Source: the human T2T-CHM13v2.0 reference genome, Homo sapiens
NCBI RefSeq assembly: GCF_009914755.1
Contig: NC_060936.1
Strand: one strand, 5' to 3'
DNA: 64,000 nucleotides
Below the pieces are notes generated by a model. It had not been told where the DNA came from and did not search any database. It worked only from the letters and a program-made list of their open reading frames with translations. Each line of letters begins with the position of its first letter. Positions within the stretch are counted from its first letter, which is position 1. Both the position numbers and the translations under genes were made by a program. Shown piece by piece: positions 47,832-64,000 of this stretch.

Positions 47832-48832
47832 CCAGTAGTGTGCTGGTAATTGTATAACAGTCAGCTCTCCAGAAAGAAAGAGAGAGAGGGAGAGGGAAAG
47901 AGAGAGAGACAGAGAGAGAATGTGTGTGTGTGTGTGTGTTTCTCTTATAAGTTTCACTAATGTAAAGAAAGTGTGGCACATACTTTGCAAATAATAATAA
48001 AATATATAATATTTTAAATATAAATTTCATATACCCAATGAATTCTTATAGAATGCATTCTTTGATTTTTGTCAAACTTGCATCTATACCCAACCTATGG
48101 TTGTAATTGACTGACAAGTATAGTTTACATGTGAATGTTGGTTGGTATTTTTGTTTACATTAGTGAGAAAGATGAAAGTGAAATTACCAAGATGTGTTGA
48201 AACTTCATGCATTCATCAGCGATGTGAGTGGCTTTGTTGAATTGGATAATAGTTTTGGAATACTGGAAGAGTATTTCTTCAACATTTTTTGTGCTATTCA
48301 CAGTGTGACAGCTATAGACATGATATATTTTAAAGTTTCATCTGTAGTATTGTCATATTTTCCATGTCTTTCTTAAGTCTAGGCAATAAACAAAACAATA
48401 AACAAACCTTTGATTTGTAATATTTGTCAGTTTCCATGGTGTAAATGCACCTACCAAGGTCAACTTCAAGCTAGCAATGTGATGTCACTGGGTGTAGAAT
48501 TAGGAAGGGCTGCATCTAGCACACACTCCATAATGAATTAAATAGTGGATTGAATAAATAGATTGGTAGAAATACTATAAATATATAATATTTCTACCAG
48601 TCAGATACCATAGATGTAAATAACTTCAGAAGCATAAGTAATAATAAAATGTAGTAAAATAATTATGAAGACATGAGTTTTCAGTATTTATTACCTTTAT
48701 TTTAATATAACTTCATTTTAATATAACTTCATTTTAAGTTTATATTTATTAAATTTTGATTAATGGTTGTGCTTAGTAGCCAGCTTGCAAAATTTCTGAA
48801 AATTTAACTATCAGCTCCCATGAGACAGTTCA
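47832..48832. mobile_element. MER63-like hAT-Blackjack element containing a (GA)n(TG)n microsatellite
   Basis: cagtagtgtgctggtaa...cagctctc start; gcaaaatttctgaaaatttaac near the end. Confidence 0.7.
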
Positions 48833-49197
48833 ACAAGAAATAGAGGAGAGATGATGACAGGACAGGAGTTGGTGCCAAATTAAGAGAAAAGATGCAACCA
48901 AACAAGGAAGTTCCTGTGCCACTTCCTGGACATAGTTTGTCTGGATCCAGATAAAGGAAGAAAACGAACATGTATTGAGTACCTACTATGTGCTAGTCAT
49001 TGATTATAATCAATCTTGTTTAATTCCCATGGTGGCTTTGCAACGTTTCACGATTCTTTTCAGTTTATAAATGAAACAACTGGTATTTAGAAAGAAGAAG
49101 TAAATTGACAAAGGTCACACAGGTAGTAAATACTAGAGTTGGAATTCCAGTCCAAGTCCCTATGAATTAATCCAAGTCCAGAGTTAGGAGCCATCTC

Positions 49198-49490
49198 TTT
49201 TTTTTTTTTTTTTTGAGACGGAGTCTTGCTCTGTCGCCCAGGCTGGAGTGGCGCGATCTCGGCTCATTGCAAGCTCTGCCTCCCGGGTTCATGCCATTCT
49301 CCTGCTTCGGCCTCCTGAGTAGCTGGGACTACAGGTGCCCACCAACACGCCCGGCTAATTTTTTGTATTTTTAGTAGAGACGGGGTCTCACCGTGTTAGC
49401 CAGAATGGTCTCGATCTCCTGACCTCGTGATCCGCCCGCCTCTGCCTCCTAAAGTGCTGGGATTATAGGCGTGAGCCACCGCGCCCGGCC
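49198..49490 (-). mobile_element. AluY
   Basis: TSD gagccatctc. Confidence 0.95.
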
Positions 49491-49599
49491 GAGCCATCTC
49501 ATTTTTATATTCTGATTGTGTAGACCATGTCTGGGACATGTTGCCCAATTCTGGACCCCTGACTTCTAGAGGCATATTATCAGAAGAGGTTTTAGCAAA

Positions 49600-49975
49600 C
49601 ATGGAACTACTAGTTGCCTACCCAACATCGTTCTTCCCTATTCTAGCTAATGAAACTACATTTCCCAGGCTCCCTTGTGCCTAGGGGTGATCACATGGCA
49701 CAGCTCTGGCCAATCAGCTGTAAGTGGAAAGCCAAAGGCGCCTTCTGAGATTGTTTTGCTTTCCTTATTTAAGCAACACTTCTTCCTTTTGTCACTGTTT
49801 TTTCTTGCTTCAAGCAGGGACATGAGGCTGGAGGTGGAACGGCCATCTTGTGACTTTGAAGGGACATTCTCAATAATAGATAGGGAGGGAGAAAGATAGA
49901 AGGGGCCTGAGATATTGATAGGATCATGAAGTAACTGCATAAACTCATTTTATAAGAAAGAGAATCCCTTGTTAG
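49600..49975 (+). mobile_element. MLT1 (J-like) MaLR LTR
   Basis: actacatttcccaggctcccttg...ctaggggtgatcacatg...ctggccaat. Confidence 0.65.
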
Positions 49976-51280
49976 TTCACATTCATGCCATAATGAATGA
50001 ATACATGACTGAATGGATGAGAACTAATGCTTATGGAGCACTTACTATGCAGCCTATTGCAGCCTATTTCACATGCATAATGTCAGTCTGGGTTACTGAG
50101 TTTGGAGTTTATCCTGTTGCAATGGACAACAAAGTGAAGTTTTTAGCAGGAGAGTGGCAACCACTGGGCGCAAGTGTCCATCCATGCAGCCAAACTCAGT
50201 GCCAACCGAGAGGGTCTTCTTGATGAAAAGGCTGTGTCTTAAGACAAATTGTGAATGAAACTAAGAATATTTTACCTGTTTCAGAGGGTATCACAGTAGA
50301 ACACTATGTGAGGGGCCAGGCATATCCTACTGACCTCAGAGGCCAGATCTGGGACCAGTGAGTAAGAATTTCAAAGAAGACAGTGAGTCTATAGAAGGAA
50401 GAAGTTGTTTCATTTAGGAAGTCAGTGAATTCCTTGTCAACAGAGATATTTACATAAGTGGATTGCCCATTTGGGAGGAATGTGGAAGCAGGTACAACCA
50501 GGAAGCAGTGTGGCCTCTGAGGCTCCCTCTTACTCTGAATTTGGTTTTATGACCCAGCTCTAATGGGCTCATCTTTCTGTATTTTGATTCTGTCAAAGCT
50601 TGAAAAGTGGCCATAGGACTCCTGGGCCCCTTTCATCTTATGTCTTATAAGATTCCAGAAAGTTGGTTGATGTGTCTTTTAAACTTGAGCTGCCACTGTC
50701 CCACCACCAGGCACACGCTCATCAATCTCTTTCTTCTGTGGTTTTATTAAAGGGTCTTTCATGTGTATTAAAAATGCAAAACATCTGCCCAATGCCAGTT
50801 TCAGAAATGCACAAATGTGAAAGGTTTGGTTTTTACAAGTTTTCTTATGACAGCTGCCACAATGTCATTAATATGTAAATTCCATTGGCTGAAAAGGTTG
50901 ACTTTTGGTCATAAATCGGCTGTTTCCTCTTGATAATCCTATCTGACTCTCCAGCTGTCTAGACAATGGAAAAATTAACACCATGAAACAGAATAGTTTA
51001 AAAACCTTTGGAGCCAAATACTTAAAAAAAATCAAAATCCACGGCAAGAAATGTGAGACCAATTAGTTAATTATGCAAGGAATCCCTCTGGGGCACCGAC
51101 CTTGAATAATAGTAAGACCTTATGTATGAATAGCACGATAATAGCGTGAAAAAGTACTTTCCACACTTTTTGATCCCTTGGAATGTGTGACTATTCCCGT
51201 GACCTTCCTGCGAGGTTATAAAGACCACCAAAATGTGATACCTCATCTCTCCAGCATTGCCATCACACTCTCATCTTTAA

Positions 51281-51594
51281 TTTTTTTTTTAAGAGAATTT
51301 TTTATAGGAGTCTCGCTCTGTCACCCAGGCTTGAGTAGAGTGGCACGATCTTGGCTCACTGCAACCTCCGCCTCCTGGGTTCAAGTGATTCTCATGCCTC
51401 AGCTTCCCAAGTAGCTGGGACTACAGGCGTGGGCCACCACACCCAGCTAATTTTTGTATTTTTAGTAGAGATGGAGTTTCACTATATTTTGGCCAGGCTG
51501 GCCTCGAACTCCTGACCTCAGGTGATCCACCCGCCTCGGCCTCCTAAAGCGCTGGGATTATAGTTGTTTTAGGTGTGAGCCACTGTGCCCAGCC
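51281..51594 (-). mobile_element. AluS
   Basis: Full dimer. Confidence 0.92.
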
Positions 51595-52044
51595 CATCTT
51601 CAACTCATTTTTTGCCAGAAAATGCAACCCCAGTCCATTCAGTTAGGTCAGTATGTGTCCTAATTAAGGGAAAAAAAATCACACATAAATCATTTTTTTT
51701 AAGCCTTAAAATCCTTCATTGGTTTTCCATTGCTTTTGAGATCAAAACCCCTGACATTTTAACATGATTACTGTGTGATTTGGCCACAGTCTACCTCTCT
51801 CCAGTCTCATTTCTTGGCAGTTTCCCCTGAGCCTTCTCCCCTCTGTCTAAACTGACTCTTTAAAACTTTTTCCAGTGTTCGATGATTCTCCCTCCACTTG
51901 CCTGCCACCATCCATGCACCCCTTCACCTGGTTAACGCCTACTTATTCAAAAGTCACTTCCTCAGGGAAAGACTCCCCATCCCAAAGTACATCAAGCTTC
52001 TTTGTTACACATCTTGATAGAAAAATGTTCCTTTCCTCCAGAAT

Positions 52045-52580
<536 letters not shown>

Positions 52581-52694
52581 TCCCAGAGCATTGGTCTTGA
52601 TTTGTAATGATACACTTATCATTAGATTATTTGATTATCTGTTTCTTCTTCTAGACTCTGCGTTCCAAGCAGACAGGAGCTAGGGTCTTGTTCA

Positions 52695-54010
<1,316 letters not shown>

Positions 54011-55948
54011 ATCTCACTGCAGCACACTATGACTGAGCTGGTGACAAAAGGGTATCTTGTTAAAGTTGGTGTTTATGAAAAGTCACCAAAATTGCCTCTT
54101 TGCCACCCCCCCAGGCAGTTCCAGATTGGCAGAGCAAACATTTTTATGCTAATTTTTCCAAATAAGGAAATGAACACAGGTTAATTCACTTTAACAGATG
54201 CGTCAAGGGCCTACAATGTGGACTGTTGTGTCCCTACAGGAACTACAGATACGCTTTGTTTCAGAGCTGGTGGGGAGACACTGAGTGCTTGGAGGGGGAA
54301 GTGATATGAACCTTCCTAAATAGCCTCTCTTTGTCTTTCCAGGCCAGCCAACCTGTGACCTTCTCACATTTAAGTAGAACACCAAGAGTGTTTTAAAGGA
54401 AGTTTTCAAAGACTGGACAGGACAGTATTCCTATTGGGTGGCTGCCAGGGAATGCTGGGTCCAGGGAAGGATGGGTTTGACAATATGCAGAATGACATTC
54501 AGGGTCTGGGGTTCTGTTCCAGGAAATGGCAATTGTTGGCAATACAGTTTCCACCCTACCTCTCCCACCTCCAGCCCCTCTAAAAAATCCTCTTTTCCTA
54601 TTTTATATTTTTAATAAGGAGAGGATTGGCATGAAGAGAAATAAGTCTTTCCTACTGTTCACTTGGCTTCTGATGGGCAGGAGCCAGGTTGCATGGCACG
54701 AATGTTTCCTTGTTGAGTTGCTCTGTGTCGGGGGGTAACTGGGCTCTGGGGGGTCAGGATCAGGGGTTCCACAGGGGTAGGCATTTGGAGGTTTATGAAG
54801 GGTGGCCTATGGCCTCAGGGTTTGGAATATGTGTGGATCTAAAGCAAATGTACTAATCCATTGCAGAGCAGTCCTATTTCTTATTCCTCCCCCAAAACAC
54901 AGCACCGTTTACCTAAGTGACTTTGGAAGGCAGCTATGCTCCCCACTACACACCAGTGCCGCACTACATAAGTGACTTCGGATTCCTGTTCCACCAAGGG
55001 ACAATTTGGATAGACATTTTTACCCCTAAGTCCATAAATTGTGATGAAGGAAATTTTAACATGGGTCTGGAAACAACCACCCTTTTCTCACGGCTGAAGT
55101 AAAATCCGATGAAAGATTACTGAAAGGTGGAGACATCATAAATCCCAAATAGAAGGATAATTTTACAACAGTTTGGAGGCTGAAGAAAAAAAAAAGAGAC
55201 AAAAGAAAGAGCTGGAGCTCAATGTATGGGGAGTTGGAAGAAATGAAGGCAGAAAAATTCACCCAGAAGAAAACCGTTGGAGTTTTCCAGCCAGAGAGCA
55301 GTTCTGAACTGAAATGAATGAACCAGAACTAAAACTCTCAATTTCCTTCCTGCGCTGTAGGAAAATTGAAAATCTCAGTCCTCGTTGGATTCCAGTGGAA
55401 ATAATTGTCTGCTCCCTTAAAAATGGTGAAGCACAATCGGGACCGTGTCCCGCCTGGACATCTCCCTTCGGCCCCTGTGGCCGGCTCGAGGCCTCCAGCC
55501 CCAGCCTCTGTCTCCTGACTGCTGTCACGGTGCAAAATGCTTTTAAAAGTCCCATGACAGTGGCATTGGGATTTGGCTTAGAAAAGAATTGTTTTTTTAA
55601 AAAAACTCAATTTGTGCCTGTCCCAGAACAGCTCACTAAAACATGCTAGAGACACACAGGGCCTTTGCCTCACATCTTCGCCTGGCGTCTTCGGCCAACC
55701 AGAACCTGGCCCGTGAGACTCGTGATCTCCTTGGCTTCACCGGTTCTTGTCCTTCATCTACAAATCGCAGTTAAAAATGCATTACCCCCCTGTGACTGTT
55801 AGGCAGGTAAATAAAAGTGATACACACAGGAGCGGCTTCAAGTTCCTGGGAAGGATAGGATTTTACAAACCCAGGTCGTGATCAGGAGTCGCATTGAGAC
55901 AGGAGCAGCTGACTGCGTGGGCGTTGTGTACCCCGGTCCTCCTCCTGA

Positions 55949-56687
<739 letters not shown>

Positions 56688-57269
56688 TGAGGGTGGTTAG
56701 GACGTGGTATCTGGGGGCCAGCAGTGCCCTTAAGCTTGGCCGGCAGGGTGGAGGGCTGCCCTGGGACTGTGCTTCACAGAGCCACGCTCTGTAACTCCTT
56801 TGGCTGTGCCCCTCCCCAGGAGAGCGTGGAGTCCACCCAGAGCTTACAAAAGTCCCAGCAGGGCACGGTCAGACTAGAGAGAGCCCCAGGTGCAAACTTT
56901 AAGGAGGCACTCACATTCCAGATGGTGCAGGCGCAGAGGTGGAATCTGTGAGTGGGTGCCCCCTTAAACTGGGCTCCCCAGGGCGGCTCTTTTGCTTGCC
57001 CTCATCCCAGCCCTGGCCCTAGACAACTTCTGATACTTTAGGACCCCAGAATTCTCTGCCCAAATGGCTAGAGTCTGGGAGAGACCACCTTGCTGGGGTG
57101 AGGTGGCTGATACAGGGAGCATGAGGGGAGCACGGACACACAGGCTGGAGTGTCCACTCTGCGTGCATGAGGCTCCTTTTGTGTAGGATACACAGTGTAG
57201 ACACAACACGTGGGGTATGTGGGATATGCGGGGTAGGTGCATGTGTGTACAATGTGTGTATAATGTTGA

Positions 57270-57566
<297 letters not shown>

Positions 57567-58105
57567 TGAAGAAGTATCCTTTTATTCCCACCCTGCTCAG
57601 TTTAAGAAAATTTACATCAGGAATCGAGTTTTTCTAACACCCTTCCCAATGTCTTTTGAGCTCATTTTACACATAATAAATATTTGGAAGCTGAGCGGTT
57701 ACTAGTATTAGAGTTGCTGCATCTCCAGACATGACCAGAGTAGGAAAACCAGAGCGCACTTGGATAGATATTGAGTCTCACCCACATGTAAAGTGCTGCT
57801 ATTGCTGCAATTACTCTTGTGCACAAAAACGAGAACTCTTTTTCTTGAAGTTCACAATTTAACTTTCCATCGTGGCAACTCAGGAATCCAGGCGTGGAAC
57901 ACTTAGGTATCCATGTTCTCTGCTCTTCCATCCGGCTTCCTACAACATGGTGGCAGGACTTTGTGTGGATAAGTAAGCAGGTGAGGCCTCTGCTCAGTTG
58001 CAGGGTCCAGTGGGGCACCTGGCTGTCAGGTTCCAGGGACAGGCGGACCCCAATGAGAGGAGCTGGAATAGTCTGTGTGGTAATGGGGTATCCTGGGGAA
58101 GAGCC

Positions 58106-58107
<2 letters not shown>

Positions 58108-58138
<31 letters not shown>
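58108..58138. repeat. (TG)n microsatellite
   Basis: About 15 TG units. Confidence 0.95.
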
Positions 58139-58141
<3 letters not shown>

Positions 58142-58295
58142 TGTAGCTACCATGAGATTTGTGGTCTGTCTTCACAGTCACTAAAATAACAGATTACATC
58201 ATTCTGGAGGTGGGATTCTATTTTTTAATTTATTTAACAAATTTATTTTTCCAGATTATGCTTACATTTATTTTTTTCCATTACCATTAAAATAA

Positions 58296-58620
<325 letters not shown>

Positions 58621-58871
58621 TACATTTTCAATTTCTTATAGAACTTATATGCATCTGGATATCCATAGATATCTGTAGATTTGAGAAATAGTTTTTTCTT
58701 TCCAGCTTTAGTGAGGCATAATTGATGGACAATGAATTGCATGTATTTAAAGTATACGATGTGATGGGTTTTGACAGATATATGTACCCAGGAAACCAGC
58801 ACTGTAATCAAGATAATAAGTGTTTTCATCCCCATCCCCCAGCTGCTAGATTCTTTTTGGTGATGTATTTA

Positions 58872-58907
<36 letters not shown>

Positions 58908-59515
58908 GCGTGCACGTGGTGTACCACATGTTTTGATATACATATGTATAGTAACATGATTGCAACAGTCAAACAAATTAACACGGAGCTGGGATTTTAA
59001 AGACCATGCTATCCTCTCTCTCACTTGGGAACTGAGTCCAGAGAGAGGACGGGTGGTCCACAGCCACTCGAGTCAGATACCAGGGCTCTCGCCCCCCAGC
59101 GCTGACAGATGAGCCTGTCACTGCATCTGTGGTTGACCAGAGAAATAGAAAAGTTGCCAGAAGAGCCTCTAAAGAATAACTTTTAAAGTTACGTGGTGCT
59201 GCTTTGTTAATTTTCCAGACAAATTAGCTTATGTCTCTTTTGGTTGCAAGTGACAGAATATCCAACGAGGTTAAGCTCTAACATAATTTATTGCCTTATT
59301 TGGCCAAAGTTGCAGGCTTTGGGTGCAGCTGGATGTAGGGGCCTCAACAGTGTCATCAGGATGTGGTTTGAAGCCTCTCTCGAATTCTTGTCCCCATCTT
59401 CTCCATGTTGAGTCTGTTCTTGGGCTTCTCCTGTGGCCACCGGCAGCACCAGTCTCACCAGGCGCTCACAAGATGGCAGCACCAGTGCCCGCTCTTGGAA
59501 GAAAAGAGAAAACCG

Positions 59516-59848
<333 letters not shown>

Positions 59849-60914
59849 TCATTGGCTCCTGTGGAGTCATGTGTCAACCCTTGAGCCAATCACATGGCTG
59901 TGGGTCCCTGGGTTCCTGCTGCCTGGATGGGGCCCCATCTGAACCCCTTCTCTGAGAGCTCTTGGGTGTGGGTCCCTGGAGGGAAACTGGGGGCTGTTTA
60001 GGAAGAAAATCAACATGCCCAATGTCTGCTGGATCAGTGAACCCGATTATGATAAAATAAAAATATCGAGAACTCTCAAATTTGCCTAAACCTGGGCACC
60101 CCAGGTGTTTGCCCATTAGTGCCTCTGTATGAGTCACCTTGGTTTTCTAGGTTCATGGGTCTACCCCATGTCTCCACATTCTTGGATATTTATAAGAACC
60201 TTTCCACATTCAGAGTGGGGCTAGAGGAGGAAAAAACTTACTTGCTTGATTAATTAAATCAATTACTTAATACCCTAAAGCTTTCTGATGCTGTAAAGTG
60301 CAGGTTTCATATACTGGGCATGAGGGGTTTTCATAGACTCGACTTGTGTTGCAAATTAAAACAACGTTAAATTCCTTAGTAATCCTAGCAGAAAGGAAAA
60401 AAAAAAAGTAAGAAAAAAGAAAAGGGAAAATAAAACCCCTCTTATTTCCAAATCACTACCAGTGGAATTTAAAAAATTATTTACACACTTAGCTGTGAGT
60501 CCCTTTGTACCTGACAGGTTTGCCAGTAAGGCTGGAGCAATAATTTAAAACAGAAGTTGGGAGTATGGATAATGAACTCCCTCTCTTTTCCAAAATAAAT
60601 GTACCATCGGATCCACAAGAGAGGTGACTTTTCCTAAGAAAGGACTGTACGTTTGGGAGCCAGGGGCCCCTGATGCTGTGTGAGGTAAGCCGATAGCACA
60701 GTGTGTTACTGTCTGTGGATGCGAGAATGAAATGAGGGCTGTTTCTTTGATTTATAGTGGAAGGAAACACCAATTTCTTGTCACAGATCATTACAGTTGA
60801 AATTAGGTCAAACTCATATGCTTATATGGAATTACTAATGCATGGAGGTACTTTTTGCTTTTTGTTTTTAACTCGCCAATCATTATCTACAGGATTTTTC
60901 TTGGGGGAGGTGGG

Positions 60915-61195
60915 GGATGGAATTTCACTCTGACACCCAGGCTGTAGTGCTATGGCGTGATCTCAGCTCACCGCAACCTCCGCCTCCCAGGTTCAAGAAA
61001 TTCTCCTGCCTCAGCCTCCTGAGTAGCTGGGATTACAGACATGTGCCACCACGCCCAGTTAATTTTTGTATTTTTAGTAGAGACGGGGCTTCACCGTGCT
61101 GGCCAGGCTGATCTTGAACTCCTGACCTCAAGTGATCCGCCTGCATCGGCCTCCCAAAGTGCTGGGATTACAGGTGTGAGCCACCGTGCCTGGCC
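60915..61195 (-). mobile_element. AluS with degenerate tail
   Basis: Dimer body intact, tail region G-rich on +. Confidence 0.9.
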
Positions 61196-61400
61196 ATCGA
61201 CTGAATATTATACTGAATTTTATTTTGAAAACAGAGAAGACTCCATTCTCTGCCTCCTGATGTACACATTCCGGAAGGGGTCATTGTTGGATGGTTGAGT
61301 GCATTGGGGTTATATTGAAATGGATTTGGGAAGGCTCTACAGCAAGGAAGGAATCTTCAGGTCTCTAGAATGTTCCTAGGCTGCTTCTCAGAGTGAGAGT

Positions 61401-63016
<1,616 letters not shown>

Positions 63017-63665
63017 GCCCCTCTCACAGTACAGCACTTCCCCCCCCCCCGACAGATGGGACAAGGACGGAGACCAGGTCACTCCAGGGAGAGCCGTGGC
63101 TAGTGGAACAGCTCCACCGTGAAATGGGTTGAGGTCGAATCCAAAATCTGAATGAACCCTTTATTCCACCTATTCCCCAGCAGCCTCTTTTCTTTGTGAA
63201 CGTTTCCCCTATATTTTACCTAAATGAATGCAGCTGAACAGACTGTGCTTTAGAGCCTCTGGAAGACACCCAACAGAATGTTCCGAAAAATGCGATTATT
63301 TTTACACAAAATTGCCAATGTAAATTCAACTTCTTGTGACCAGCCTGGGATTCCCACACAACTGCATGCTGAGGTTGTTTTCCAGAAGGACCGAGGATGT
63401 CCAGCAGAGACTGATGGAGCTGTGAATAGCCCAAGGTGCTGTCTTACATTGTAGGCAGCCGAGGGGTTGACAGAACAAAGGCTTTGGAGCTAAATGGTGG
63501 CTGATAGACTTTGGCACCAGCTTAAATCAGTGAATTTCACAGATTTTGGAACATCTAGCTTCTGATTTCAGAGACACGTGGTGTCCTGATCTCTGGTGTC
63601 TAGGAAGCGTGGCTGGGGGGATGTGTGGTAGTGTTTGGCTTAGTGGATCAACACACCAGATTAAA

Positions 63666-63679
63666 CCACTAGATGGTCC
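63666..63679 (+). promoter_or_regulatory. Candidate CTCF site
   Basis: CCACTAGATGGTCC versus core CCASYAGRKGGCRS; motif match only. Confidence 0.35.
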
Positions 63680-64000
63680 CCCTCCCTCTTCCAGCCCCCT
63701 CCCTCCCCCAGCCACTGATTGCTGGTGAACAGGCAGTTTGGGAGGGCTCAGGTCAGGCATCTGCCTGAAAAAAGGGTCAGGGATGTGGATAAAACAGAGA
63801 TTGACCCACTCTTCCCATTGAGCCTTTTCCCAGTTTTGAAATTTTCATATCATTTTCTGCTAAAAATATTCTTGAGGGAAAAAATATTTTTTTTTCAATT
63901 TTAGATTCCTAGGAGGACAAAGGGGGGAAAATGCATATGTAATGAGAGATGCAAATCTAGAACAAATTCACACTCCATTACCCAAAACCTTCGTGTTATC

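Overview
This is primate genomic DNA; an SVA, LTR17, LTR7 and young AluY copies point to human or a close great ape. I found no credible protein-coding exon and cannot name the locus. The ORF track is mostly explained by Alu, SVA, L1, LTR and simple-repeat read-through. The window is repeat-dense: about 42 Alus (roughly 31 on - and 11 on +), a full-length SVA inside a HERV-W LTR17, a cluster of solo LTRs (LTR8, MER41B, LTR9-like holding LTR7B, LTR47A, MER31, a second LTR17, LTR7C), MaLR/ERVL LTRs, old L1/L2/MIR and DNA transposons, a perfect 6x51-bp VNTR, a 4x37-bp VNTR and a 1.2-kb (GAT/GGT)n tract. Repeat family names come from my recall of consensus sequences, not from a search. Best leads: (i) four short local direct duplications 1.3-2.6 kb apart, one with snap-back hairpins typical of templated repair; (ii) a 58-bp SVA 3' transduction; (iii) an ETS+RFX+YY1 promoter-like cluster followed by an 18-nt microexon signature on +; (iv) a MER41B with both GAS sites intact; (v) two head-to-head Alus that appear to have used one palindromic nick site. 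I see no firm evidence of a new biological system; these are hypotheses to test.
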